A stretch of DNA of 63,526 bases, filler included, from Octopus bimaculoides (lineage: Eukaryota): the NCBI RefSeq assembly GCF_001194135.2. It is 5 parts of 5 records of this genome, joined end to end, with 100 filler letters (N's around TTAATTAATTAA, not from the genome) between each part and the next. Parts side by side here need not be neighbours in the genome. Positions count along the whole stretch, not along the records: positions 31,146 to 59,935 come from NC_068983.1; positions 60,036 to 61,348 come from NC_068981.1; positions 61,449 to 63,526 come from NC_069002.1; 2 more parts are not named here. One strand, written 5' to 3'. The notes below the pieces were generated by a model. It saw nothing but the letters and a program-made list of their open reading frames with translations, was not told the DNA's origin and made no database searches. Of the stretch, positions 54,401 through 63,526 are shown piece by piece (within the stretch, counting starts at the first letter, position 1; the number at the start of each line of letters is the position of its first letter). Position numbers and translations under genes: made by a program.

Positions 54401-57078
54401 TTGATAACATTAAAGAAATTGGTGCTGTATGTAAGTTGCTTTAATTATGTACCTAATTAATTTTCATACTAATTGGAAGCTACATCTTCCTCTTTACAGC
54501 TACTTTTTCCAGTAGTCGTAGTCATTTCCATTCGTAATATTCTAATTTCCTTGAGGACATTATTGTTATTAGCCACCCACAGCTAACATATTCCTCAGGG
54601 ATGAGCGCGTATAAATATATCTAATCTCAGATATCAAAAAACTAAAAAGAGGTTCNNNNNNNNNNNNNNNNNNNNNNNNNNNNNNNNNNNNNNNNNNNNN
54701 NNNNNNNNNNNNNNNNNNNNNNNNNNNNNNTATTGCTTGAAACGAAAGGGTAATAATGCTCAATTAGATTTTATAATCAAGTCTTTAATTCTGCTGCACC
54801 TCACTTCCAAGTACACATGGATAATATATTCTTTATAATTGAATATTTTTCTATTCAAGTACATAAGTTGATGCTATGCCAAGGTATAGTCTTAATATTT
54901 ATCAGATTCATTGAAAGTAAATACGATTGTGTCATAATTATGTGTTGTTTATTACAGGTAAAGATGAAGGTATCTGGTTGCACATAGACGCTGCATATGC
55001 AGGAAATGCATTTATATGTCCTGAATACCGTTATCTGATGAACGGTGTGGAAGTAAGTCCTAAGCAATTAATAAAACTGAAAATAACACACGGAGCTGTA
55101 GACTTCAATACTTTATTATGATGATAGATATTTTAAAGGTCTCATACATTAGAACATCTGCTATTTGTATTATTATTATTATTACTGAGATGCAACTAGT
55201 TATCTGACATAAAACGAAACTTTATTTGAGTAAAAGAGATAGAAAAGGTCAATGCAGATTAGCGACGGTTTCAGTTTAGTTTACAAATGAATAAAAAATT
55301 ATTCCAATTTCCCCCTCAATTTTAAACATCCTCAGTCCACATTAAACCGCAATATATGTACCACGTGGAGTGTACTTTTTGAGTTCAGTACCATCGTCTG
55401 AGTTCAGATCTTTGGGTTAATATATCACGTTAAATTTGATATTTTCAAATAAATTTAGAAGAAATATGTTTCATATTCAGTTTTTGGTTCCTATTTTATA
55501 GTATGCAGATTCCATTTGTATGAGTCCCCACAAATGGTTACAAGTACCTATAGGTTGTTCGGTATTATGGTAAGTAAATTTCCATTTAGTCTTCTTAAAA
55601 ACGTAAATTATTTTCTACGTTGATTAATGAATAAACATAAACAGAAATGTGTTATCAAGTCATGTGTATTTAATATATTTATTAAGAATAAACATTACCA
55701 TCAGCTTTTAGACTTGTAAACATTCAAGAGCAAAGAGTCTAGAGTCTAGAGTATGTATTTTCTATTCATGCATTATGCTTGTGGTTTAATTGTATTTACA
55801 AATACAGTAATGATTAAAAAAGTATTATAGAACCCTAAATAGTCAATCAGAAATAGGTTATCAAGATAGCACATAGTATTCCGATTTCTGAAATAGACGC
55901 ATAATATAGAATATTTTAAAAGTAGAATATTTTTATTCACCGAAATTCTGTTTTGTCTTTTAGGTTACAAAATAGCAATAAACTTGTCGATTCTATTCCC
56001 GAGCCTGGTGAATATTTGCAATGTACAGAGAATTCAGAAATGCCAAATTTTATGGTAAGATAATTTAACATTTTTCTATCTAATTTAATGTCTTCGACCA
56101 TACTGCACCAGTTGTTGTTACATTGGTTGAATCCCTGCTAAATATAGAAAGACGTTTGGAAGGTGATTATTGGTGAAGTATTGTTGCTTTAGGAAATTAT
56201 TTAAGAAGCTAGAATACTGAATATTGTGGAATGCTGAGGATCAAACGGGAAGATCACATCTATAGCTGTAAAAGATGTTGAAATGAGAGAATGAGAAAGA
56301 AAAGCAGCAGTAAACAGAGAAAATGAAGAATAATGAAAGATAACGATAAAAAGTAAGAAATGATTTCAAATTTCTGTGGCTTTGACTTTGAAGCTATAAC
56401 TTAAAATAAACCACACAGGTAATACTTGAAGACGGAGGTCATTATCAAAGAGCAAAGGGTAGGTAATGATTTTTCAAAAAGCGTATAGTGATATAAAAAG
56501 GTTTTGTTTGAACGTATAGGTATTGCAGTGCGAAGCAGTTTTCCTCTATACAATAAGTTTCATATTTCACAGTAAACTATCGAGTTAACTTTTATAAAGT
56601 CTACTCCAAATGCCAGAAAATATGATTGCTGATGCACCTGCCATATTTCCTAAACAACCTGATAAGATTTCCAGAAGCCGATGCTATGTATGATAATGAG
56701 AAAATAGCATAAAGTGGCTTTAACCAAAACAAAGTAAGTTTCTACAGAATGTCCTGACTTCTACAAATCCTTTTTCTTAAAATGTTTCAATGAGGCACAT
56801 GAAAATCATCCAAAGATTAAATGAAAAAGATTATTAAGTATTTCAAATAAAATAGGAAAAGGGGTTGTTCCTTGTGTATGAATATCTCTTTTAGATAAAA
56901 TTACCAACTCTACTAATCTATACAACGGCATTGATTTCAGATATAAAATTATTTCAAGATATATTCAATTATGTCAATAATGTGCCTGGTGTACCCTTAT
57001 TAGACGGGTAATCATGATAGGGATATTGAGCCACTTATTTTTAACCAGCGATAATTCATAAATAAATCTTGTTTTGCT

Positions 57079-57147
<69 letters not shown>

Positions 57148-57491
57148 CTTGTTTGGGAATGAGTATCATGTATGATTCTCAGATGCCAGGGAAATAAACC
57201 CTCTGTATTACATGTGATACATAGGACAGGCTAAGTTTTGAAAAGTCTAATTGTTCATTTATTTGAAGTGTCTACATGGATCTGTACAATTATATGCTGC
57301 TACAAAAACGAACACAGAAAATCATACTCACACATGTCAAGTAATCGTGTGTACTTTATAGTAAATGTTGTACATCGCAATCTTTATTTTAAACTTGGCA
57401 AATTCCTTGTGGACGTCCGTTTCGATCTCTGAAACTTTGGTTTGTTTTACGAATCTTTGGGATACACAGACTTCAGGAACTCATCAGAAAG
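36323..57491 (+). CDS. DDC-like: Aromatic-L-amino-acid decarboxylase family paralog (group II PLP-dependent); 10 coding exons, 379 aa, 3'-partial
   Basis: Spliced protein aligns to DDC with only two small indels (+1 aa in exon 1, -2 aa in exon 9); [19 protein letters not shown] (PLP lysine) and FRSLKLW motifs; exon lengths 204/114/120/135/144/67/95/68/91/99; orthology to DDC, TDC or HDC not established. Confidence 0.93.
38427..40760 (+). mobile_element. Decayed Penelope-like element (RT + GIY-YIG) with inverted 5' terminal repeat, in coding intron 1
   Basis: [52 protein letters not shown]; 38427-38545 is an inverted copy of 40431-40555. Confidence 0.85.
40880..41840 (-). mobile_element. Tc1/mariner (maT-like) transposase fragments
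   Basis: [20 protein letters not shown] scrap; WPPNSPDLN...[11 protein letters not shown]; TIR-like tacacagggtgc at ~41198. Confidence 0.7.
42625..42738 (+). CDS. DDC-like: Decarboxylase coding exon 2 ([38 protein letters not shown])
   Basis: CAG acceptor, GTAAGT donor, 114 nt as in DDC. Confidence 0.92.
44190..44760 (-). mobile_element. CR1-group LINE RT C-terminal fragment
   Basis: [19 protein letters not shown]...[16 protein letters not shown]. Confidence 0.8.
44947..46334 (-). mobile_element. Tc1-like transposon with DD37E spacing and ~110-140-bp TIRs
   Basis: FMHDN...SPDLNLIEN with 37 residues between D and E; TIR CACCCAGAA(T/C)CAC at both ends; TA on the left, TG on the right. Confidence 0.85.
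46945..47130 (+). mobile_element. Short RTE LINE 3' fragment
   Basis: [41 protein letters not shown]. Confidence 0.6.
47502..47621 (+). CDS. DDC-like: Decarboxylase coding exon 3 ([10 protein letters not shown]...GGGVIQ)
   Basis: CAG acceptor, GTAAGT donor, 120 nt. Confidence 0.95.
47773..47907 (+). CDS. DDC-like: Decarboxylase coding exon 4 ([16 protein letters not shown]...LIAYKSEE)
   Basis: TAG acceptor, GTAAGT donor, 135 nt. Confidence 0.92.
48523..48759. mobile_element. mariner-derived foldback MITE
   Basis: TA|TTTGGTTGGACATAAT ... ATTATGCACCAACCTAA|TA; ~100-bp inverted arms; TIR resembles TTAGGTTGGTGCA mariner ends. Confidence 0.8.
49380..49740 (-). mobile_element. Penelope-like RT fragment
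   Basis: [21 protein letters not shown] motif. Confidence 0.7.
50703..50846 (+). CDS. DDC-like: Decarboxylase coding exon 5 (THSSFAKAC...GLVPFY)
   Basis: CAG acceptor, GTAAGT donor, 144 nt; His192 equivalent present. Confidence 0.95.
51930..52360 (-). mobile_element. CR1-group LINE AP-endonuclease fragment
   Basis: [15 protein letters not shown]...TYRPP...DNILDLCF. Confidence 0.75.
52984..53080 (+). repeat. ~31-bp AT-rich minisatellite, 3 copies
   Basis: atattatattatattcatagtatattatgt repeated. Confidence 0.85.
53690..54290 (+). mobile_element. Decayed RTE (BovB-like) RT fragment
   Basis: [12 protein letters not shown]...IVQSFEYL...[13 protein letters not shown]; ends ~70 nt before exon 6. 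Confidence 0.65.
54364..54430 (+). CDS. DDC-like: Decarboxylase coding exon 6 ([22 protein letters not shown])
   Basis: CAG acceptor, GTAAGT donor, 67 nt, ends in phase 1. Confidence 0.95.
54958..55052 (+). CDS. DDC-like: Decarboxylase coding exon 7 ([16 protein letters not shown]...NGVE)
   Basis: CAG acceptor, GTAAGT donor, 95 nt. Confidence 0.96.
55502..55569 (+). CDS. DDC-like: Decarboxylase coding exon 8 ([23 protein letters not shown]), PLP lysine
   Basis: TAG acceptor, GTAAGT donor, 68 nt. Confidence 0.95.
55964..56054 (+). CDS. DDC-like: Decarboxylase coding exon 9 ([20 protein letters not shown]...MPNFM), catalytic loop
   Basis: TAG acceptor, GTAAGA donor, 91 nt; Tyr falls exactly on DDC Tyr332. 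Confidence 0.88.
57393..57491 (+). CDS. DDC-like: Decarboxylase coding exon 10 ([16 protein letters not shown]...ELIRK) with non-canonical AA acceptor
   Basis: 99 nt as in DDC; donor GTGAGT at 57492; acceptor dinucleotide 57391-57392 reads AA. Confidence 0.88.
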
Positions 57492-59156
57492 GTGAGTTTA
57501 CTGTCTTATTGTACAAGCTGTGGCTATCGTTCTTACTATAACATCAAACTTATCTCTGCTCATAAGATGTATAATTGCCATGACATTGGAGAAATGCTAA
57601 GAATATATAGCGAATAGCTATATTATACTAATTTACTTAAACATCCAGGAAATGAATTAACAAGGAGGCATAGCGTTTTCTAATTATATAACTCTGAACA
57701 TTATTTACATTTGACGGATATTTGTCCACAACGTTTCGGCTGATATACCCTCCAGGAAATGGGGAAAATTTTGAACCTGTATATTTTTTTATGCTTGTCA
57801 GGTATTTTTTGTTATTATTATTATTATTATTATTAAGGTCACTGCCTGGAATCGAACTCGGAATCTTGAGGTTAGTAGCCCGCGCTCTTAACCACTACGC
57901 TATATGCCCGTGGCCAATTATGGAGTGAATTTTAGGGTTTATAAATCTAATATTTTCTTATCCTTCCTTAATATGCTATTCATATCTACACTTGGTCTGC
58001 TTAGGAGGTTGTTGTGTCCTAGCATATGTGCTGCTTCTTTTAGTTTTCGTATTTTCCAGTGGTTTTCTCTGTCTATCATTTTAACTTCATCCCACAGGGG
58101 AGGTGTTCTCCATTTTTCCATACGTGATCAGCTATACCCTATTTATTAATATCTCCTCGTGTCACAGCTTTGCGATGTTCCTCTATCTTTATTTTGGATT
58201 GGGCGGCATGTTTCGCCTTTGTATAGCCTACCACAGCTGCATGGGATGGAGTACACGCAGTTTCTGGTGATATTCTCTTCTATTCGTGGTTTTACTCGAA
58301 GGAGATATTTGAGATGTGTTGTATTACTTTTGAATACTGTCCTGATGTCATATGGGCCGCATATCTTTTGTATCTTTTCAGAGAGGCCTTCAACATAGGG
58401 TACACAGACTGAGGACAGTTTATCAGTTTCATCCTCTTTTCTTCATAATTGGAGTGGAGTGTATGCTTTTGGGGTAGTTGTTGCATAATAGATTGTTAGT
58501 GAGCTTGATCATTTCTTCGTGGTGGGTATCACGATCGCTACTCATATTCATTGCTCGATGTTTTAGGCACTGAGCAATCCTTTTCTTTACACTGTATGGA
58601 TGGTGGGAATTGGAGTTGAGGTATCGTCCAGTGAAGGTTGTCTTGCGATATACGGATGTCCTGAATCCCTACTTGGTGTGTGTTATTAATACATCCAGGA
58701 ATGTTTGCTGATTGTCTTTTTCCTTTTCCATTGTAAACTGTATGGATGGCTTTATTGAGTTCACATGATCTAACAGCACTTGAACATCTTCCTGGTGGGG
58801 CCAGAGTATGACGGTGTCATCAGCATATCGCAGCCATAGGGTTGGTTTTAGTGGTGTTGAGTCTAAAGCAAAATTCTTAAAGTAGTCCGTGTATATATTG
58901 CCTATTATCGGTAATAATGGCGAACTCATAGCTAAACCCTCTTCTTGTCGATATATATCAGTGTCCATACTGAAGTAGGTAGTTTCTACACTACTGATAT
59001 ATATCTACACACGAAAACTAAAAAACATATGCTAGGACACAACAACCTCCTAAGTCGACCAAGTGCGGATATGAACAGTATATGGGAACCAGTGTTAAGG
59101 AAGTATAGGAGAATATTAGATTTATAAGATCTAAAATTCACTCCATAATTGCTCAC

Positions 59157-59229
59157 GGGCATATGGCGTAGTGATTAAGATCGCGGGCTACTAACTTAAG
59201 ATTCCGTGTTCGATTCCAGGCAGTAACCT
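59157..59229 (+). ncRNA. tRNA-like Pol III module inside the Penelope terminal repeat (mirror copy at 57836-57909, minus strand)
   Basis: A box TGGCGTAGTG(G/A), B box GTTCGATTCC; tRNA-derived rather than a true tRNA gene. Confidence 0.65.
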
Positions 59230-59304
59230 AAATAATAATATTAATAACAACATCAAAAAATACCTTAGGAATGAGAACCCAGGTTCAAAATTTCCCCAAG
59301 ACAC

Positions 59305-59345
59305 CTAATGAAGGCTGGTGGGTATATCAGCCAAAACGTTGCGTT
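59305..59345 (+). ncRNA. Degenerate hammerhead-ribozyme core in the Penelope terminal repeat
   Basis: CTAATGA-a-GGCTG...CAGCC-AAAAC; the mirror arm keeps CAGCC-GAAAC, implying a CTGATGA...GAAAC consensus. Confidence 0.55.
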
Positions 59346-59689
59346 ATCAACAAACAAGATGAGGACAAATATCCGTCAAATATAAATAATGTAAATAATG
59401 TACATAATTCCTCATCTCTTAAATATAGAACTATATAACTCTGAAGTTGAAAAGCTACAAAATAATGAACGTTCGACTAGGAAAACTCTGCAAACCGATT
59501 CATAATTAACAGAGAATTCCAGTGAAAATTAGGAAAAAATTATAAATCAATGAAAAATACCAACTATCCAATGAATACATCTAATTTTTATGGTTTCACG
59601 ATTTTAATCAAATATGATATTATTGGTACAATCTTAACTTAACTATCTCATATATATATATATATATATATAGGAAAATGTAAAAAATC

Positions 59690-59935
59690 TAAGAGACTTA
59701 CAACAGGACAAAAGCCTTACTATCAAAGAAGCTGACAAAGGTAGTACTGTAGTCCTAATGAACACAGATTTTTACAAACACCTAGCACTCTCCTTACTAA
59801 ACGATAACTCCTTCTATGAAACTATCACCAACTATAAACAACAAAAAACTCTCAAAAACCTCACCACCCTTATACTCCAGCAAGGTCAAGGACTCACGGA
59901 CAAAGAAAAAGATTACATCACTAATTTCAAATGCA
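59690..59935 (+). mobile_element. Penelope-like RT N-terminal fragment before a gap
   Basis: IKEADKGSTVVLMNTDFYKHLALSLLND...KEKDYITNF. Confidence 0.7.
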
Positions 59936-61282
59936 NNNNNNNNNNNNNNNNNNNNNNNNNNNNNNNNNNNNNNNNNNNNTTAATTAATTAANNNNNNNNN
60001 NNNNNNNNNNNNNNNNNNNNNNNNNNNNNNNNNNNCTAACTGGATCCTAATCCACCAAGGAAGGTATGTCGGAAGAAAGTAATTCAACAACGCGGGTTGA
60101 TGAACCGTAAGACGTGTGGCCAGAACCTCCTGGAAAATAACCATAGCGAGGGACATCCCACAGTTGAATTAGAACAGTCACAAACAGTGAAAGAAGACAT
60201 GCACCCAACACCAGAGTTGAAGACACCTCTGAAAGGGGGTGGCCCCGCCACGTCAAAACGGTAGAGGTGTAGGGGCCGAAACCGGACGTGGTTCCTCCTG
60301 ATGATGTTTTGAGCTAACTGGGTCCTATAAAGGAGCTGTTGTGGTAGCAGACCACGAAACATGGTTGAAATTCCTCAGCAATCAAACACAATTCATTTAA
60401 GTGGTGGTGGTGGTGGTGTTGCTGCTGCTTCTGGTGCTGGTGGAAATCTAACATTTCAGGTATATTAAAACAGAGAGACAAATCAATGGACTTGAAATAT
60501 TTAAAATAAAAATATAATTAATTCTATGCCTTTTTGGTTAATGTTTGAGCCATAAAGATATTTATAACTGCTCTCATCAAAGGTAGACTTCAGGGGAATT
60601 AGGAGCAATAAATAATATGAGAGAAAGTCAAGCCTTACCTTATCGACATAGTTTTAATCAAGAAACCTTTCTCTACTAAAATTGTTTCTCTAATTTCGTT
60701 ATCATTTATATTCCAAAATCACTGCAACTCATATAAAAACCATTGTACTTCCTGTGTGAGTAGCAACAAAATGATTTTTGTCTTTCATTTTGCTAACAAA
60801 TTTTATTAAAATTATTGCCTTCTGTTCACATGACAGTCAAAAAAAAATTATAGATGGAATAACATAAGTACATTTGGTGCACGTGTTTAAGTTGCAGTGA
60901 CAGCATTTTATATGAAATTTACTGGAGGAGAAATAACTAAAAACCCAATGAAACCATTAGTTCAAAAGATTGTCTTTTATGAAATAATATCCTGCAGGTA
61001 GGTTGCTTATGTGCAGCTCCTTTTCTTTCTTTCTTTGTATTTCCTAAATTCCCTGGGAGAATGTTGTGTACCCTTCACAATCTATACTTCTCTAAATGTC
61101 ACATAATTCCTTCATAAACAGCAATTGCCTTTTACATAAATAAAATCCATTTTCTTTTTTATTTTATTGTTATCTCATAATGATATACAACAGGAATGGA
61201 TTTGGAAACAAAAACTCTTTAGAAGTCATTTTTAAATGAATTCTTCAATTCAAATCATCTATCTCTATATATATAAATGAGA

Positions 61283-61348
<66 letters not shown>

Positions 61349-61733
61349 NNNNNNNNNNNNNNNNNNNNNNNNNNNNNNNNNNNNNNNNNNNNTTAATTAA
61401 TTAANNNNNNNNNNNNNNNNNNNNNNNNNNNNNNNNNNNNNNNNNNNNGATTTACACTGGGTTTCATGCGAAAAAAAATCGTCTATTTATGATCAGTTCC
61501 AACGAAAACCCCGAGTGACATCTCGTGACGTCCGGGAAACTCTGGGTGGGAAACACTTCTTTACACTCTAAATTTGAATCGCCTTGGGGTGGTTCGATAA
61601 AATAATTGTAATTTTGTGTATCTAGCTGAATGCAATAATGACAGAATATAGTGAAAGTCGCTTATTGTGATCACTTTATGGCGGAGTTTTTTTTACATTG
61701 TATTAATTACCGACTGGTAATCATCTTAAGCAG

Positions 61734-61955
61734 AAGATATGCAAAAGTCTCCTGTGTTTACGACCTTCTAATTTTGATAAGAATAAGCGTTTGATGACAT
61801 TATCTGTGATTATAATAAGCGGCTTTCACTGTACTAAGAAGTTTCAAGCGAAAGATATGACAATATCCTGAGGGTGGTTAAGACTCTCTAATTTTGATAC
61901 GAATAAGCGTTTGATGACATTATCTGTGATTATAATAAGCGACTTGCACTGTTGT
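61734..61955 (+). repeat. Tandem duplication with 120-bp period
   Basis: tctaattttgata(a/c)gaataagcgtttgatgacattatctgtgattataataagcg at 61767 and 61887. Confidence 0.85.
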
Positions 61956-63479
61956 AAGGCATTGCATACCACACGTTTACCAACATTCATAGCTCATGTA
62001 GGAAGTGAGAGAGAAGAAACTAAAAGGACACACAGATAGACACACTTAGGTCAACAGAGAGAAACCGAACCAACGAGGGAGTCTGTATATGGTTACTTAA
62101 TCTGCAAGAGACAACAGCCAAATCTCCTCCATATCACACCCTGCCGTCTTAATAAATAAAAAATCTGATTCTGGATTTCTTCCACCTTGAAAAGACAGAG
62201 TGGATGGTCACGGCTGGAATGCCCTCAATCATAAGTCTACTTGATCAGAGCTGACTTGAGGGCTGATCAGCAACAACAACAACACATAAAATGGCCTGGT
62301 TAGCGTTTTTATTGGTCCAACGACAACATATCNNNNNNNNNNNNNNNNNNNNNNNNNNNNNNNNNNNNNNNNNNNNNNNNNNNNNNNNNNNNNNNNNNNN
62401 NNNNNNNNNNNNNNNNNNNNNNNNNNNNNNNNNNNNNNNNNNNNNNNNNNNNNNNNNNNNNNNNNNNNNNNNNNNNNNNNNNNNNNNNNNNNNNNNNNNN
62501 NNNNNNNNNNNNNNNNNNNNNNNNNNNNNNNNNNNNNNNNNNNNNNNNNNNNNNNNNNNNNNNNNNNNNNNNNNNNNNNNNNNNNNNNNNNNNNNNNNNN
62601 NNNNNNNNNNNNNNNNNNNNNNNNNNNNNACTCCTTTCATCCGTTCAGGGGTCGGATAAAAATAAGCACCATTTGAGCCCTGGGGGACGACGTAATCGAC
62701 TGACCCTTCTTCCCCCCACCCTACCCCGCAATATTGCTGGCCTTGAGCTAAACTTAGAAATAATTATAATAATTAATATTATTGGTAAGACAAAAAGGCG
62801 GCGAGCTGGCAGAGTCGTTAGCACGCCGGGCGAAATGCTAAGCGGTATTTCGTTCTGAGTGCAAATTCCGTCGGGGTCGACTTTGCCTTTCATCCTTTCG
62901 GGGTTGATTAAGTAAGTACCAGTTGAGCCACTAGGGTTCGATGTAAATTTCAGGTCTTGTGCTTATAAATTATTATAATTATTGCCAGTTCAACTTGGTC
63001 CCTAAATTATGCTTAGTTTAGCTTGAACTCTGATTTAACTAACCCAACCCGGTCCCTAAATTACGCCTGTCGTACCTGGACCCTCAATCTCTCAACAACC
63101 AGTTACACTTTACAGACAAGGAGCCTTCATATGGTCGTCCGACATGTTAGAAATACCAGCTAAATCTCCCTCAAACTACATCGTACCGTCTCCAAAGAAA
63201 GAGAGACTCATTGAATAATTTAATCTCTTATATAGAAAACAGTCGAAGTGGTTATGGCAGGAACGCTTTCAACCGTAGATTTAAACAATTAGTGGCTAGT
63301 TTGGGACCAAACAACAACAATAATTATATGCCAATAAGGTGTGTCAAGGAAAGTTAATCTAGCGGAACAGATTAGGGAACTCTCCAGGGTATTTAGGTTG
63401 GGACAACCTTTATTTATTTTATATATGTGTGTGTGTGTATGTATGTGTGTGTATGTGTGTGCGTGTGTGTGCGTGTGTA

Positions 63480-63526
<47 letters not shown>

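Larger units (their letters stand above)
57699..59431 (-). mobile_element. Penelope-like element with inverted terminal repeats and 14-bp TSD, in coding intron 10
   Basis: GLAMSSPL, WLRYADD, FLDVLI, WDEVKMIDRENHWKIRKLKEA; 57699-58029 inverted at 59025-59400; TATATAACTCTGAA at 57685-57698 and 59432-59445. Confidence 0.9.

Noticed and set aside
56400-56412. ttaaaataaa complementary to the tttattttaa acceptor, as a possible editing-complementary sequence
   Set aside because: Only ~10 AT-rich bases; expected by chance without a folding analysis.
57393-57394. AC as a U12-type (AT-AC) acceptor for exon 10
   Set aside because: The upstream donor is GTAAGA, there is no U12 5' consensus, and the phase would not fit.
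57836-57909. tRNA gene call (apparent ACT anticodon)
   Set aside because: Acceptor stem does not pair well and the module is duplicated inside a Penelope repeat; treated as tRNA-derived.
60036-60370. GC-richer stretch with short ORFs, tested as the missing decarboxylase exon or an LTR-element piece
   Set aside because: No decarboxylase motif in any frame I read and no diagnostic retroelement motif.

Overview
AT-rich, gap-ridden animal genomic DNA. The repeat content (tRNA-head and RTE-tail SINEs, R4/Dong, RTE, CR1, Penelope, mariner, Merlin, dense microsatellites) points to a coleoid cephalopod, most likely Octopus (inference). The first ~35 kb shows no host exons I can recognise and is mostly decayed mobile elements. 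One host gene is reconstructable on the + strand: a group II PLP-dependent aromatic-L-amino-acid decarboxylase (DDC/TDC/HDC family) paralog. It has a candidate promoter (~35.2-35.4 kb), a probable non-coding first exon, and 10 coding exons from 36323 to 57491 (379 aa). Nine exon boundaries match vertebrate DDC intron positions and phases. The last two expected exons are not visible. Main findings: (1) coding exon 10 is intact, but its acceptor is AA rather than AG, with an in-frame TAA just upstream. It could be an A-to-I editing-created splice site, a null allele or an assembly error. (2) The catalytic residues are kept, but many substrate-pocket residues differ, suggesting a different substrate. 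(3) An intronic Penelope element has inverted terminal repeats carrying a tRNA-like module and a hammerhead-like core. (4) There is a (TAA)n-targeting R4/Dong system, including a twin-primed 5' inversion and a probable partner SINE. Repeat boundaries are approximate; exon boundaries were counted from the sequence.
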